From Syntrophales bacterium (GTDB lineage: Bacteria; Desulfobacterota; Syntrophia; Syntrophales; PHBD01): DNA of 64,000 nucleotides. Shown here piece after piece: positions 1 through 9,635 of this stretch. The notes under the pieces are model-generated. The model saw only the letters and a list, made by a program, of their open reading frames with translations, had not been told where the DNA came from and made no database searches. Made by a program: the position numbers and the translations under genes. Each line of letters opens with the position of its first letter. Position 1 is the stretch's first letter. The stretch spans positions 864,001 through 928,000 of the forward strand of contig OY764159.1 of the NCBI GenBank assembly GCA_963668175.1, read 5' to 3'.

Positions 1-2
1 AA

Positions 3-290
3 TCGGGAGATACGGTCAAGGTATACGTGAGGATTATCGAGGGGCAGAAACAGAGAATCCAGGCCTTTGAGGGTGTCGTGATCCGCAAGAGACAGGGCAG
101 CAGCAGGAGCAGCTTCACCGTGCGGAAGGTCTCCTACGGAATCGGCGTGGAAAGGACATTCCCTCTCCACTCGCCCGTTATCGACCGGATCGAGGTTGTC
201 AGCCGCGGCAAGGTTCGGCGCTCCCGCCTCTATTATTTAAGGTCCCTCAGAGGCAAGAAGGCCAGAATCAAAGAGATTGGCAAGTCGTAA
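3..290 (+). CDS. rplS: 50S ribosomal protein L19 (5'-truncated by window edge)
   Basis: Frame is open from position 3: [57 protein letters not shown], the L19 signature. Confidence 0.98.
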   Translation, partial: SGDTVKVYVRIIEGQKQRIQAFEGVVIRKRQGSSRSSFTVRKVSYGIGVERTFPLHSPVIDRIEVVSRGKVRRSRLYYLRSLRGKKARIKEIGKS

Positions 291-369
291 GATTCGTTCA
301 TAGAGGCAGGCAGGGCGGTATGGAAAGACTGCCCTGCGCCCTTCGGAACAGACCGTACGATGAATCACG

Positions 370-999
370 ATGAACCGTTTTGAGCGGAACGCCTTTAAGA
401 AGGGTTATGTCCGGATAGCCGGCATCGATGAGGCCGGCAGGGGACCGCTGGCCGGTCCCGTCGTAGCCGCCGCCGTCGTATTCCCTCCCGGTTACGAAAA
501 TCCCCAGATCAACGACTCCAAGAAGCTCTCCGAAGCCAAGCGGGAAGAGCTGTATACGGTCATCAGGCGCGATGCCGCCGCCGTCGATATCGGCGTCGCC
601 GAGCCTTCCGTCATCGATACCGTCAATATTCTCCAGGCAACGCTTCTGGCCATGAGGGAAGCCGTGGCCGGCCTTTCCCTGACCCCCGATTTTCTCCTGG
701 TGGACGGCAAGACCAGGATACCCATCGATATCCCGCAGGAAGTGATCGTCAAGGGCGATTCCCGGAGCGTTTCTATCGCCGCCGCCTCCATCATCGCCAA
801 GGTGACCCGGGACAAGATCATGGAAATCTACCATCGTCAATTCCCGCAGTATAATTTTCTAAGCAACAAGGGATACGGCACCGAGGAACACCGGGAGGCC
901 ATTCAGCGTTACGGTTTCTGTAAATACCATCGCCGGTCCTTTCAATGCAAAGCCAACCGGGCCGTGCAGACAAGCATGGAAATCGTTTTCGAACCGTAA
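370..999 (+). CDS. rnhB: Ribonuclease HII
   Basis: GIDEAGRGPLAGPV, DSKKL, IAAASIIAKV and KGYGT motifs; conserved position after rplS. Confidence 0.97.
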   Translation: MNRFERNAFKKGYVRIAGIDEAGRGPLAGPVVAAAVVFPPGYENPQINDSKKLSEAKREELYTVIRRDAAAVDIGVAEPSVIDTVNILQATLLAMREAVAGLSLTPDFLLVDGKTRIPIDIPQEVIVKGDSRSVSIAAASIIAKVTRDKIMEIYHRQFPQYNFLSNKGYGTEEHREAIQRYGFCKYHRRSFQCKANRAVQTSMEIVFEP

Positions 1000-1094
1000 G
1001 GTGCATGCCGCGGGTCTCGATGGCGGTTATTAAAATCCATCGGACGGCTTCCCGACGCACAGGTTGCGGGGGAGATACGCCCACAGAGGAACGC

Positions 1095-1475
1095 ATGACC
1101 GATTCATCCGGCAACAACCATCTGGGGACGGGCAAAAAAGGGGAGGAATTGGCCGCTTCCTATCTTAAAAAGAAGGGCTATCGCATCCTGGAGCGTAACT
1201 ACCGCTGCCCGTACGGCGAGATGGACATTGTCGCCAGGGAGGGCGGCTCCATCGTTTTCGTGGAGGTCAAGAGCCGCAGGTCGGACCGTTACGGCGACCC
1301 CCAGAATGCGGTAGATGCGAACAAGCAGAAAAAGCTGTCCCTCGTTTCCCTCCATTATCTCAATGAAAGGAATCTCCCCTCCGATAACGCCCGGTTCGAC
1401 GTCGTGGCTGTCCGCCTGCAGCCGGATAACGTCCAGATCGAGCTGATCAGGGACGCCTTCGAACTCGTCCTCTAG
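1095..1475 (+). CDS. yraN: YraN family (UPF0102) putative endonuclease
   Basis: G..GEELAASYL..GYRILERNYR..GEMDIVA..VFVEVK..RFDVV; start moved to ATG 1095 after a GAGGA RBS; rplS-rnhB-yraN synteny. Confidence 0.93.
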   Translation: MTDSSGNNHLGTGKKGEELAASYLKKKGYRILERNYRCPYGEMDIVAREGGSIVFVEVKSRRSDRYGDPQNAVDANKQKKLSLVSLHYLNERNLPSDNARFDVVAVRLQPDNVQIELIRDAFELVL

Positions 1476-1541
1476 AAGAAGAGGGGGGAAGAAATGAGCC
1501 CCCCGGGCAGCAATCCCGGAGGGCCTTGTCCGTCCGGACGT

Positions 1542-3170
1542 TTATCCCAGTATAGCCTTCAAGTCTTCTTCCGCCGTCGTGATCGGCCTGATCCCGTAGT
1601 TCTTGACGAGGACGTCGAGGACCGCCGGGGTGATGAATGCCGGCAGAGACGGCCCCAGCCGGATGTTCTTGACTCCCAGATAAAGCAGGGTGAGGAGGAT
1701 GGCGACCGCCTTCTGCTCGTACCATGAAAGGATCATGGACAGGGGCAGGCCGTTGACGTCGGTGTTGAATGCCTTGGCCAGGGCGACGGCGATCTGGATC
1801 GCCGAGTAGGCATCGTTGCATTGCCCGATATCGAGAAGCCGCGGGATGCCGCCGATATCACCCAGGTTATGGTCGAAAAAGCGGAACTTCCCGCAGGCCA
1901 GGGTTAGAACGACGGTATCCGGAGGGGTCTTGTCGACGAACTCGGTATAATAATTCCGGCCGGGTTTGGCGCCGTCGCAGCCTCCCACCAGGAAGAAATG
2001 GCGGATTTTGCCCGCCTTGACGGCGTCGATGACGGCTCCGGCGACGGAAAGAACGGCGTTGCGGCCGAAACCGGCGGTTAAGGTGACGCCATCCCGATCG
2101 GAATCGAAACCGGGCATGGCCAGCGCCTTGTCGATCACCGGCTTGAATTTGCCGTTTTCGCAATGGGCGACATCCGGCCATCCGACCAAGCCGGTCGTAA
2201 AGATGTTGTCCCGGTAGCCCGCCGCCGGCCGCTGAAGGCAGTTGGTCGTCATGAGAATGGCCCCGGGAAATTCGGCGAATTCCTTGTGCTGGTTTTGCCA
2301 GGCCGTCCCGTAATGGCCGTAGAAATGGGAAAATTTCTTGAGCCCGGGATAACCGTGGGCCGGGAGCATCTCCCCGTGGGTGTAGACGTTGATGCCCTTG
2401 CCTTCCGTCTGAGCGAGAAGATCGTACAGGTCTTTCAGGTCGTGCCCGGAAACCAGGATGGCTTTCCCCTTCCTGGCCCCCAGCGGGACTTTGGTCGGCA
2501 CCGGGTGTCCGTAGGTGCCGGTATTTCCTGCATCCAGCAGTTCCATGGCCCTGAGGTTCATCTCCCCGCATTTCAGGACAAGACCGAGCCACTCATTAAG
2601 CCCCAGGGAAGGATCGAGTGTCGCGGCCAGGCCTTCCTGGCAGAAGGCATAGACCGCATCGTCTTCACTGCCCAGGATCTGGGCATGGTCCGCATAGGCG
2701 GCAACCCCCTTGATGCCGTACGTGAGGATCTGCTGGAGGGACCTTATGTCCGGCGCGATACCCGGATCGGACAGGACGCCGACGTCTTCACCCTGTTCAA
2801 CCATCTTCTCGGTCGACGCCGCCGGGGTAAACGCCGCTGCCGTCTCCTTGAAACCGGCCTTTCCTCCCTGGGTTGCGATCCGTTTTTTGAGATCGTCTCT
2901 CAGTTTCACGCATTTCCGGACCAGGTCCGCGAGCACTTCGGCATCGAAGTTGACGTTGGTCAGGGTGGAAAAGAGGGCTTTGACGGTAAAGACATTGGTC
3001 GGGGTATCGGTAATACCCTTCTTCCTCGCTTCCAGGGCGACAACGGAGAGACCCTTTAAGGCGTACACGAGAAGATCCTGCATGGCGGCAACATCGGGTT
3101 GTTTTCCGCAAACACCGCTCTTGTCGCATCCCGTTCCTTTTGCTGTCTGTTCGCACTGATAACAAAACAT
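1542..3170 (-). CDS. hcp: Hybrid cluster protein (hydroxylamine/NO reductase)
   Basis: Starts MFCYQCEQT..GC..GVCGK; SGHDL, YTHGEMLPAH, TTNC, GGCDG, GQCNDAY and SWYEQKA motifs; GGAGG RBS before ATG 3170. Confidence 0.97.
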   Translation of the reverse strand: MFCYQCEQTAKGTGCDKSGVCGKQPDVAAMQDLLVYALKGLSVVALEARKKGITDTPTNVFTVKALFSTLTNVNFDAEVLADLVRKCVKLRDDLKKRIATQGGKAGFKETAAAFTPAASTEKMVEQGEDVGVLSDPGIAPDIRSLQQILTYGIKGVAAYADHAQILGSEDDAVYAFCQEGLAATLDPSLGLNEWLGLVLKCGEMNLRAMELLDAGNTGTYGHPVPTKVPLGARKGKAILVSGHDLKDLYDLLAQTEGKGINVYTHGEMLPAHGYPGLKKFSHFYGHYGTAWQNQHKEFAEFPGAILMTTNCLQRPAAGYRDNIFTTGLVGWPDVAHCENGKFKPVIDKALAMPGFDSDRDGVTLTAGFGRNAVLSVAGAVIDAVKAGKIRHFFLVGGCDGAKPGRNYYTEFVDKTPPDTVVLTLACGKFRFFDHNLGDIGGIPRLLDIGQCNDAYSAIQIAVALAKAFNTDVNGLPLSMILSWYEQKAVAILLTLLYLGVKNIRLGPSLPAFITPAVLDVLVKNYGIRPITTAEEDLKAILG

Positions 3171-3247
3171 GGCTTCCTCCTTAAAAATCATTTTGATTTG
3201 GTTTCCGGTCTACGCTCCGTTTATAAATCACAGCGATCCGCAATTCC

Positions 3248-3261
3248 TTGATCTAAGTCAA
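3248..3261. promoter_or_regulatory. Crp/Fnr-family (HcpR-like) binding site upstream of hcp
   Basis: TTGAT-CTAA-GTCAA, one mismatch to the FNR consensus TTGAT-N4-ATCAA, about 80 bp upstream of the hcp start. Confidence 0.75.
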
Positions 3262-3515
3262 AAGATTCATGTTAAGGATTTCCGGTTCGACGGTTTGCCG
3301 GAAGCGGCGGGAGATAAGGCATGACATTCAGCATCCACGGAAATTCGGAGAAGCATACGGCGTCGGTTTCCCCCCGGTATCGGTTATGTCTGCCGCTATG
3401 AAGGGGCGAACAGAGCCCGGCCCGGGTTTTTATTTACAGGATCTGATGGATTGAACGACGAGCTTCCGTGGCGGCGCAGGGAGGCGGAGATGCAATACGA
3501 CCGGATATTTGCTTG

Positions 3516-4061
3516 TCAGCGGTTTTTGAATCCGAAGGCGGCACCGCATATTCCGCCGACGATGTGGGCTGTTTGCGAGATGTTGTTGACCTGAAACGCT
3601 CTGGTGACCTCCGTACCTAAAAATATGACAGCCACCAGGATGAAAGTCAAGGGAATGGATTTATTTTTTCTGCCCACAATGGAGGCAAGGACGATGAACA
3701 TGAAGGCGATGCCGCTTGCCCCCAGCAATCCCGTCGGGAGAAAGAGGATGTTGATCAGACCGGTTGACAGGGCCGTGATGAAAATCATGAAGAGGAATTT
3801 GCGGCTCCCGTATTTCTCCTCGAGGATAGGGCCGAGAAGCAGGATGAACACCAGGTTGGAGAAGAGATGGTTCCAACTGGAATGGCCGAGGACGTGGCTC
3901 ACCAGGCGGAAATAGTCGAGGGGATTAAGGAGGTCCATCGTGGGTCTCACCAGGAAGAAATGGACGGTGAAGTTGGGGATGAAAAAGACATTGATGATGT
4001 GGATCAACAGCGCCACAAGAGAGAATGTCAGAACGACAGGGGCATTGTATTCGACGCGCAT
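3516..4061 (-). CDS. Rhomboid family intramembrane serine protease
   Basis: Hydrophobic; H..WNHLFSN, GASG (catalytic Ser) and AHIVGG..G motifs. Confidence 0.9.
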   Translation of the reverse strand: MRVEYNAPVVLTFSLVALLIHIINVFFIPNFTVHFFLVRPTMDLLNPLDYFRLVSHVLGHSSWNHLFSNLVFILLLGPILEEKYGSRKFLFMIFITALSTGLINILFLPTGLLGASGIAFMFIVLASIVGRKNKSIPLTFILVAVIFLGTEVTRAFQVNNISQTAHIVGGICGAAFGFKNR

Positions 4062-4276
4062 GGGTCCTTTTCCTCATACGATTCAGGCCGGTCCGCCACG
4101 CCGGACGGATCACGGGCATCTCTTCCTTGAGGAGCGACCGTGAACGCCATGTCCGCGGGTCATGAAACAAGACCCGGTGGAAATGAATGCTGTGGCCTGT
4201 AAGCGGTCTCCTACTACCATAAAAGGTTTGTCTTTTTCATCTATAATCTGCTAGATTCCGACACAGGGTGAGGATC

Positions 4277-5545
4277 ATGGAATCTCAGTTGACTTACAAG
4301 GTGCTGGACCTCTTTTTTCTTTTCTTCCTGTCGGCGTTCCTGTCCTGTTCGGAGGCTGCGCTTTTCTCCCTGACGCCGCTGCACGTTCACAAGATGGGGG
4401 AGGATCATACCCCTTTTCTGGCGTATGTGAGCAAGCTTCTCGATTACCCGCGACGGCTGCTCATCACCCTTATCGTCAGCAATGAAGTGATCAACATCGC
4501 CCTGTCCATCGTTTCCGCGTCCCTTTTCATCCAGTTCTTCGGCATGGACGGCCGATGGATGGCCATCGCCGTGACGACCATCCTTCTGCTCATTTTCGGG
4601 GAAGCTATTCCGAAAACCTTTGCAGTCATCCATCCTATCTCCGTCTCCTCCATCGTGGCTCCGTTTATCGCCTTCATCTCGTATATCGAGCGCCCCGTGG
4701 TCTGGATCCTGGAAAGGGTAACCGACGGCATCATGTCCCTCTTTCCCGTCAAGCCTACGAGAAGCCGTGACTCCCTGATGGAAGAGGAATTCATGACCTT
4801 GATCGATGTGGGACACCGGGAGGGGGCGCTCGAAGAGGCGCAGCGGGATATGATTCACCGGGTTTTCGAGCTGAGCGACAAGCCTGTCGCCGACGTGATG
4901 ATTCCCCGGGTCGACATGTTCTGCCTGCCGATTGCCATGAGTATGGAAGAGATGAAAAAAGAGATATTGGAGGCCCGTCACGACATCGTTCCCGTTTATG
5001 GGAGCGACCGCGACGACATATTAGGTATGCTTAACGCTAAAGACCTCATGGACAGGCAGCTGACGGGCGATAGATGGGTGCGTATCTACACGCTGCTGAA
5101 GAAACCCTACTTCGTCCCCGAAGGAAAGACGGCCGGCGGCCTCCTCAAGGAGTTTCAGGAGCGGCGCATTAAGGTCGCCATCGTGGTCGACGAATTCGGC
5201 GGCGTATCCGGCATGGTGACTCTCCGCGATATCCTGGAGGACCTCGTTGAGGACCTCTACGAACAATATGCTTCGAAGGAAGAGATGTACCAGAAAATAG
5301 ACGATTGTACGCTCGTCGCTTCCGGTAGGATAGCCATTGAGGATTTAAACGCGATCGTCCGCTATCCGCTGCCTTCGGAAGATTTCGAAACGCTCGGCGG
5401 TTACGTCTTTCATCTCTTCGGCCGGCTTCCCTCCCGGGGAGACGAAATTGAAACGGACCACTATGTCTTCCGAATTGAACAGATGGGCAAGGTGAGGATT
5501 CTAAAAATCCGTATGGAAGAGAAGGCGGGCTCGGAAGATGACTGA
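4277..5545 (+). CDS. HlyC/CorC (CNNM-CBS-CorC) family Mg/Co transport protein
   Basis: FLSCSEAALFS, FGEAIPK, DVMIPR, IVVDEFGGVSGMVT and ETLGGY motifs; alternative GTG start at 4268. Confidence 0.92.
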   Translation: MESQLTYKVLDLFFLFFLSAFLSCSEAALFSLTPLHVHKMGEDHTPFLAYVSKLLDYPRRLLITLIVSNEVINIALSIVSASLFIQFFGMDGRWMAIAVTTILLLIFGEAIPKTFAVIHPISVSSIVAPFIAFISYIERPVVWILERVTDGIMSLFPVKPTRSRDSLMEEEFMTLIDVGHREGALEEAQRDMIHRVFELSDKPVADVMIPRVDMFCLPIAMSMEEMKKEILEARHDIVPVYGSDRDDILGMLNAKDLMDRQLTGDRWVRIYTLLKKPYFVPEGKTAGGLLKEFQERRIKVAIVVDEFGGVSGMVTLRDILEDLVEDLYEQYASKEEMYQKIDDCTLVASGRIAIEDLNAIVRYPLPSEDFETLGGYVFHLFGRLPSRGDEIETDHYVFRIEQMGKVRILKIRMEEKAGSEDD

Positions 5546-6845
5546 TATCCTGCCGCTCGTGCTCATCGTTTTATGTCTTGGGCTGGAAGGTTTCTTTTCC
5601 GGAGGCGAGATCGCCTACGTCACCGCCGATGTCAACCGGATCCGGCAGAAAGCGGGAACGGGCTCACGTTCCGCGAAACTCGCCCTGCAGCTTCTCGAAA
5701 ATCCCGACTGGCTCTTCGCAACCACTTTGACGGGGACGAATCTCTGTATCGTGACCAGCACGATCCTGGCCACGTCCATTTTTATTTCCCTCTTCGGAGT
5801 GGCCCAGGGGGAAAGGATATCGGCCCTCGTCATGATCCCGACCCTGATGGTTATGATCGTAACGCGCAGTTTTTTTCAGCAGTACGCCGAATTCTTCGCC
5901 GTGCGGATCGCCAGGCTCGTCTGGACGGCGTCCTGGCTGCTCTATCCGGTCGTGTACCTCATCTCCAGAATCTCCAAACGTACGGTGCTCCTCTCCGTTA
6001 AAGGGCGGGATCTCTCCTATTCCCCTTACATCACGAAGACGGGTCTTATGTCCATCCTGGGCGACCAGCAGAGCGAAAGCGATATTCTGGGGACGGAGAA
6101 GGATATGGTCAAAAGAATCCTCGATTTTACGTCGGTGACGGTCGGAGAGATCAAGGTGCCTCTTTCCGCAATCAGCGCACTGCCTGTGACCACGACCCTT
6201 AACGATGCAGCCTCTTTTGCCGCGGAGAAGAAATATCTGCGGATTCCCGTATACCGGGACCAGATGTTCAATATCGTCGGGGTGCTTCATTATTTCGACC
6301 TGTTGAAGGCCATCGACCTTTGCGAGAAAAAATCGCCCGGCTGTCTCAATGAAAAAACGATCGAATCCTGCTTTTCGTCCTCGGTTCTTTATGTGCCGGA
6401 AACGAAGGCGGCGAAGGAGCTTCTGATTGAACTGCAGGCGAGGCGGGAGCACATGGCTTTCGTCGTCGATGAGTATGGCGGCGGCATCGGGATCGTGACC
6501 GTTGAGGATATCCTGGAAACCATCGTCGGCGAAATCGATGACGAATACGACGAAAGGGAGACGCAATTCCGAACAATCGGTCCGGACCGATACCTGTTCG
6601 ATGCCCGCATCCGTCTGGACAGGCTGCAGCAGATCGTTCCCGTGGCCTTGCCCGAAGGGGAGTATGAAACCCTGGGGGGATTTCTCCTCAGCAAGATAGG
6701 CAGGATACCGAGAAGAAAAGAGACCGTCCGTCTCGGCAATGCCGTCTTCGTCATCGAAGATGCCGACATGAAACGGATCAAGGAAGTCCTCGTGATTTTT
6801 TCAAAAAGTACGGATCAGCAGGATATGTCTGACCGGCAGATATAA
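5538..6845 (+). CDS. HlyC/CorC (CNNM-CBS-CorC) family protein, second tandem paralog
   Basis: GFFSGGEIA, RIPVY, VVDEYGG.GIVTVEDILE.IVGEI.DEYD and YETLGGF motifs; overlaps the previous gene by 8 bp. Confidence 0.92.
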   Translation: MTDILPLVLIVLCLGLEGFFSGGEIAYVTADVNRIRQKAGTGSRSAKLALQLLENPDWLFATTLTGTNLCIVTSTILATSIFISLFGVAQGERISALVMIPTLMVMIVTRSFFQQYAEFFAVRIARLVWTASWLLYPVVYLISRISKRTVLLSVKGRDLSYSPYITKTGLMSILGDQQSESDILGTEKDMVKRILDFTSVTVGEIKVPLSAISALPVTTTLNDAASFAAEKKYLRIPVYRDQMFNIVGVLHYFDLLKAIDLCEKKSPGCLNEKTIESCFSSSVLYVPETKAAKELLIELQARREHMAFVVDEYGGGIGIVTVEDILETIVGEIDDEYDERETQFRTIGPDRYLFDARIRLDRLQQIVPVALPEGEYETLGGFLLSKIGRIPRRKETVRLGNAVFVIEDADMKRIKEVLVIFSKSTDQQDMSDRQI

Positions 6846-6863
6846 AATCGTATGGAGGTGTAT

Positions 6864-7604
6864 GTGTATCAACCGGAGAAAACTTTGAGTTCCCTCATTC
6901 TCGCCGCCGGGAAAGGAACCAGAATGAAATCCGATCTGGCGAAGGTTCTTCATCCCCTGTGCGGCAGGCCTTTGCTGGATTATTCGCTCGATGTGGCCCG
7001 GGAAGTAGGGTCGGAGAGGGTCGCCGTCGTGATCGGCCACCAGGCCGAGACCGTTCGGGAAACATTTTCCGGACGGGGTCTGGTTTTTGTCGAGCAGCGT
7101 GAGCAATTGGGGACGGGTCACGCCGTCCTGATGGCCAGGGATGCGTTTAAAGGATACGTGGGGACCGTTCTCATCCTCTGCGGCGACGTGCCGCTCCTCC
7201 GCCCGGCAACGATCATCGCCCTCTACGAGAAACACCGGCGAGACGCTTCGGCCGTGACTGTGATGACCGTCGTCCTGGAGGACCCGGTCCATTACGGCAG
7301 GGTCGTCAAAAACGAGAAGGGCGAAGTCGTCAAGATCGTCGAGATGCGCGACGCGACCGAGGAGGAGAAGCGGATCAGGGAGATCAACACGGGCATTTAC
7401 TGTGCCGACAGCGGTTTCCTTTTCGAGGCCGTCGGGGAAATCAGCAACGACAATGCCCAGAAGGAGTATTATCTGACCGACATCATCGAGATTGCGGGCA
7501 GGAAAGGTTGTAAGGCAGGCGCCTTTGTGGTTTCCGATCCTCACGAGGTCATGGGGATCAATACGCCGGAAGAACTCGAACTGGCGGCCCGCCTCCTGGG
7601 CTGA
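6864..7604 (+). CDS. GlmU-like sugar-phosphate uridylyltransferase (N-terminal domain only)
   Basis: LAAGKGTRMKS..KVLH, Q.EQLGTGHAV, GDVPLL, YGRVV, EINTGIY, NAQKEYYLTD and GIN motifs; stops before the hexapeptide domain; GTG 6864 follows GGAGG (alternative ATG 6852). Confidence 0.88.
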   Translation: MYQPEKTLSSLILAAGKGTRMKSDLAKVLHPLCGRPLLDYSLDVAREVGSERVAVVIGHQAETVRETFSGRGLVFVEQREQLGTGHAVLMARDAFKGYVGTVLILCGDVPLLRPATIIALYEKHRRDASAVTVMTVVLEDPVHYGRVVKNEKGEVVKIVEMRDATEEEKRIREINTGIYCADSGFLFEAVGEISNDNAQKEYYLTDIIEIAGRKGCKAGAFVVSDPHEVMGINTPEELELAARLLG

Positions 7605-7658
7605 AACGGTGCCGGACCGCTGGCTGTAAAAAGGCGCCTGTAACATCTTTTATTTTCT

Positions 7659-8639
7659 ATGAGAATCGCCTCCCTGGCACTGAAAAACAAGGTCATCCTC
7701 GCGCCCATGGCAGGTGTGACGGACCTGCCGTTTCGGATCATTATCCGTGAATTCGGATGCTCCCTCGCCTTTACGGAGATGGTCAATGCCGTGGGGCTGG
7801 TGAGGAACATGGAGAGGTCGGTGGCTTATCTGGATACCGCCGACGAGGACAAGCCCCTGGGCGTCCAGCTTTTCGGAACCGATCCCGGTGTGATCGCCGA
7901 AGCAGCGCGGATCATCACGCAGCGGGGCGCGGATACCATCGACATCAATATGGGCTGTCCGGTCAAGAAGGTCGTTAAGACCGGGGCCGGGGCCGCCCTG
8001 ATGAAAGATCCGGCGAAGGTGGCCCTTATTGTCCGGACGGTAAGGTCGGCGACGCCGTTGCCGCTCACGGTGAAAATTCGTTCCGGCTGGCGCCGCCAGG
8101 AGATCAACGCCGCTTTGATAGCCCGGATTGCCGAGCAGCATGGTGCGGACGCGGTCATCGTCCATCCCCGTACGGCCGATCAGGGATTCTCCGGGGCGGC
8201 CGACTGGAATGTCATCAAGCAGGTCAAGGAGAGCGTGACTATCCCTGTCATCGGCAACGGGGACATTTGGGAACCAGGGGATGCCCTAAATATGGCAGAC
8301 GCGACGGGCTGCGATGCCGTTATGGTCGGCAGGGGCACACTGGGAAATCCCTGGCTCATCGCCGATGTCCTGGCCGTCCTGGAAGGACGGGGATCGGTAG
8401 GCATGCCGGACCTGGAAGAGAGGGAGCGAGTGATCATAAAACACCTTGATCTGGACACGGCTTATCACGGAGAACGGTTCAGCGTCCGGAGTTTCCGCAA
8501 ACACCTGCTCTGGTACACGAAAGGCTTGAGGGGCGGGTCGCACTTTCGCCAACTGGCAGGAACGTTTCGGGAAAAAGAGATGGTGATCAGGGAACTGCAT
8601 GCCTTCATCAGAGGCCTTGCGGACAGCGGCGCGGCATAA
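7659..8639 (+). CDS. dusB: tRNA-dihydrouridine synthase B
   Basis: LAPMAGVTD.PFR, DINMGCP, TVKIRSGW, IGNGDI and VMVGRG..GNPW motifs. Confidence 0.95.
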   Translation: MRIASLALKNKVILAPMAGVTDLPFRIIIREFGCSLAFTEMVNAVGLVRNMERSVAYLDTADEDKPLGVQLFGTDPGVIAEAARIITQRGADTIDINMGCPVKKVVKTGAGAALMKDPAKVALIVRTVRSATPLPLTVKIRSGWRRQEINAALIARIAEQHGADAVIVHPRTADQGFSGAADWNVIKQVKESVTIPVIGNGDIWEPGDALNMADATGCDAVMVGRGTLGNPWLIADVLAVLEGRGSVGMPDLEERERVIIKHLDLDTAYHGERFSVRSFRKHLLWYTKGLRGGSHFRQLAGTFREKEMVIRELHAFIRGLADSGAA

Positions 8640-8648
8640 AATAAGGTC

Positions 8649-8677
8649 TTGACTTTTCAAGGAACTCTTGGCATAAT
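8649..8677 (+). promoter_or_regulatory. Sigma70 promoter for zapB-zapA
   Basis: TTGACT-17 bp-CATAAT with a TGn extended -10. Confidence 0.65.
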
Positions 8678-8748
8678 AACGCCCAATATCAACGCATAAT
8701 ATGGACGCTTGAAAGAGACGGAAGCGGAAATATAGGACAAAAGGACGA

Positions 8749-8985
8749 GTGATTTTGGAACTGACCAATTTTAGGGAGTTGGAAGAGAAAATTAAAATTG
8801 TCGTCAGTGAATACGAGCTGCTCAAAAAGAGAAACCAGGAGTTAGAAGCTTTTTTAGACCAAAAAAATACGGAGTTGGAAGAGGCAAATAAAAATATAAG
8901 GGGCTTGAAAGAGGAAAGGGATTTTATTCGCACAAAGGTGGATTCGCTGCTTAATTTGCTGCAGGATATTCATGTTCCGTCATAG
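8749..8985 (+). CDS. zapB: Cell division protein ZapB-like coiled coil
   Basis: Short, entirely coiled-coil protein (LEEKI..L..EN..IRTKVDSLL) directly upstream of zapA. Confidence 0.75.
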   Translation: MILELTNFRELEEKIKIVVSEYELLKKRNQELEAFLDQKNTELEEANKNIRGLKEERDFIRTKVDSLLNLLQDIHVPS

Positions 8986-9002
8986 GTTTCGGGGTCCGTT
9001 TT

Positions 9003-9281
9003 TTGAAAAAGAGATATGAAATCAGGATATTAGGGCAGGAATTAACCGTTTTAAGCGATTCAGGGGATGAGCACGTAGCCAGAGTTGTGAAATATGTATC
9101 CGATACGGTCGAAGAGATCGGCCGGTCGAGCAACAGAACGAATAATTTGAGTGTGGCCATTTTGACTGCTTTGAACATTGCAGATGAGTACATGAAAGTG
9201 AAGAGCCTTGAAGAAAACATTTGCAGTCAACTGGAAACAAGATCCGAGAAACTGATCCATTTAATTGATGGTGTAAGATAG
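9003..9281 (+). CDS. zapA: Cell division protein ZapA
   Basis: EIRILGQE..VKYV..VAILTALNIADE, a ZapA signature. Confidence 0.92.
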   Translation: MKKRYEIRILGQELTVLSDSGDEHVARVVKYVSDTVEEIGRSSNRTNNLSVAILTALNIADEYMKVKSLEENICSQLETRSEKLIHLIDGVR

Positions 9282-9290
9282 AGAAAAAAT

Positions 9291-9480
9291 ATCCCCTGCG
9301 ATGTGCGTGATTAGCAATTCGTTTTTTGAGCCAACACCTTGGAACCGGGAGCCTTCTATTGTTTGTGGTGTGCGTGTCGATAATTCCTGAGAAATCGGGA
9401 GATCGAAGGCCTGAAGCAACAACGGGGTGCCCACCTTGTCAGCAGGTTCAAAAAGGTGGTTAACACGGCATTGGCGGGGG
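9291..9480 (+). ncRNA. ssrS: 6S RNA
   Basis: About 190 nt in the canonical locus downstream of zapA; 5' CCCCTGCGATGTGCGTG pairs imperfectly with 3' CACGGCATTGGCGGGGG; internal TTTTTGAGCC/GGTTCAAAAA and GGGAGCC/GGGTGCCC stems; followed by a T-run. Confidence 0.88.
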
Positions 9481-9635
9481 TTTTTTTATATTCCCGCCGG
9501 ATAAACGGAACCCTTAAGACCTACACCCTCTTCCATCTTCTTCGTATCATCACTACATTATAAATAGTGAGGTTGTATCAATTCATTCACGCCGGTCGTG
9601 TCGCCGGATGAATGTAAATATATCATAGTTAGGAG

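Noticed and set aside
945..1094. N-terminal extension of yraN in the ORF track
   Set aside because: Overlaps rnhB and lacks homologous character; ATG 1095 has an RBS.
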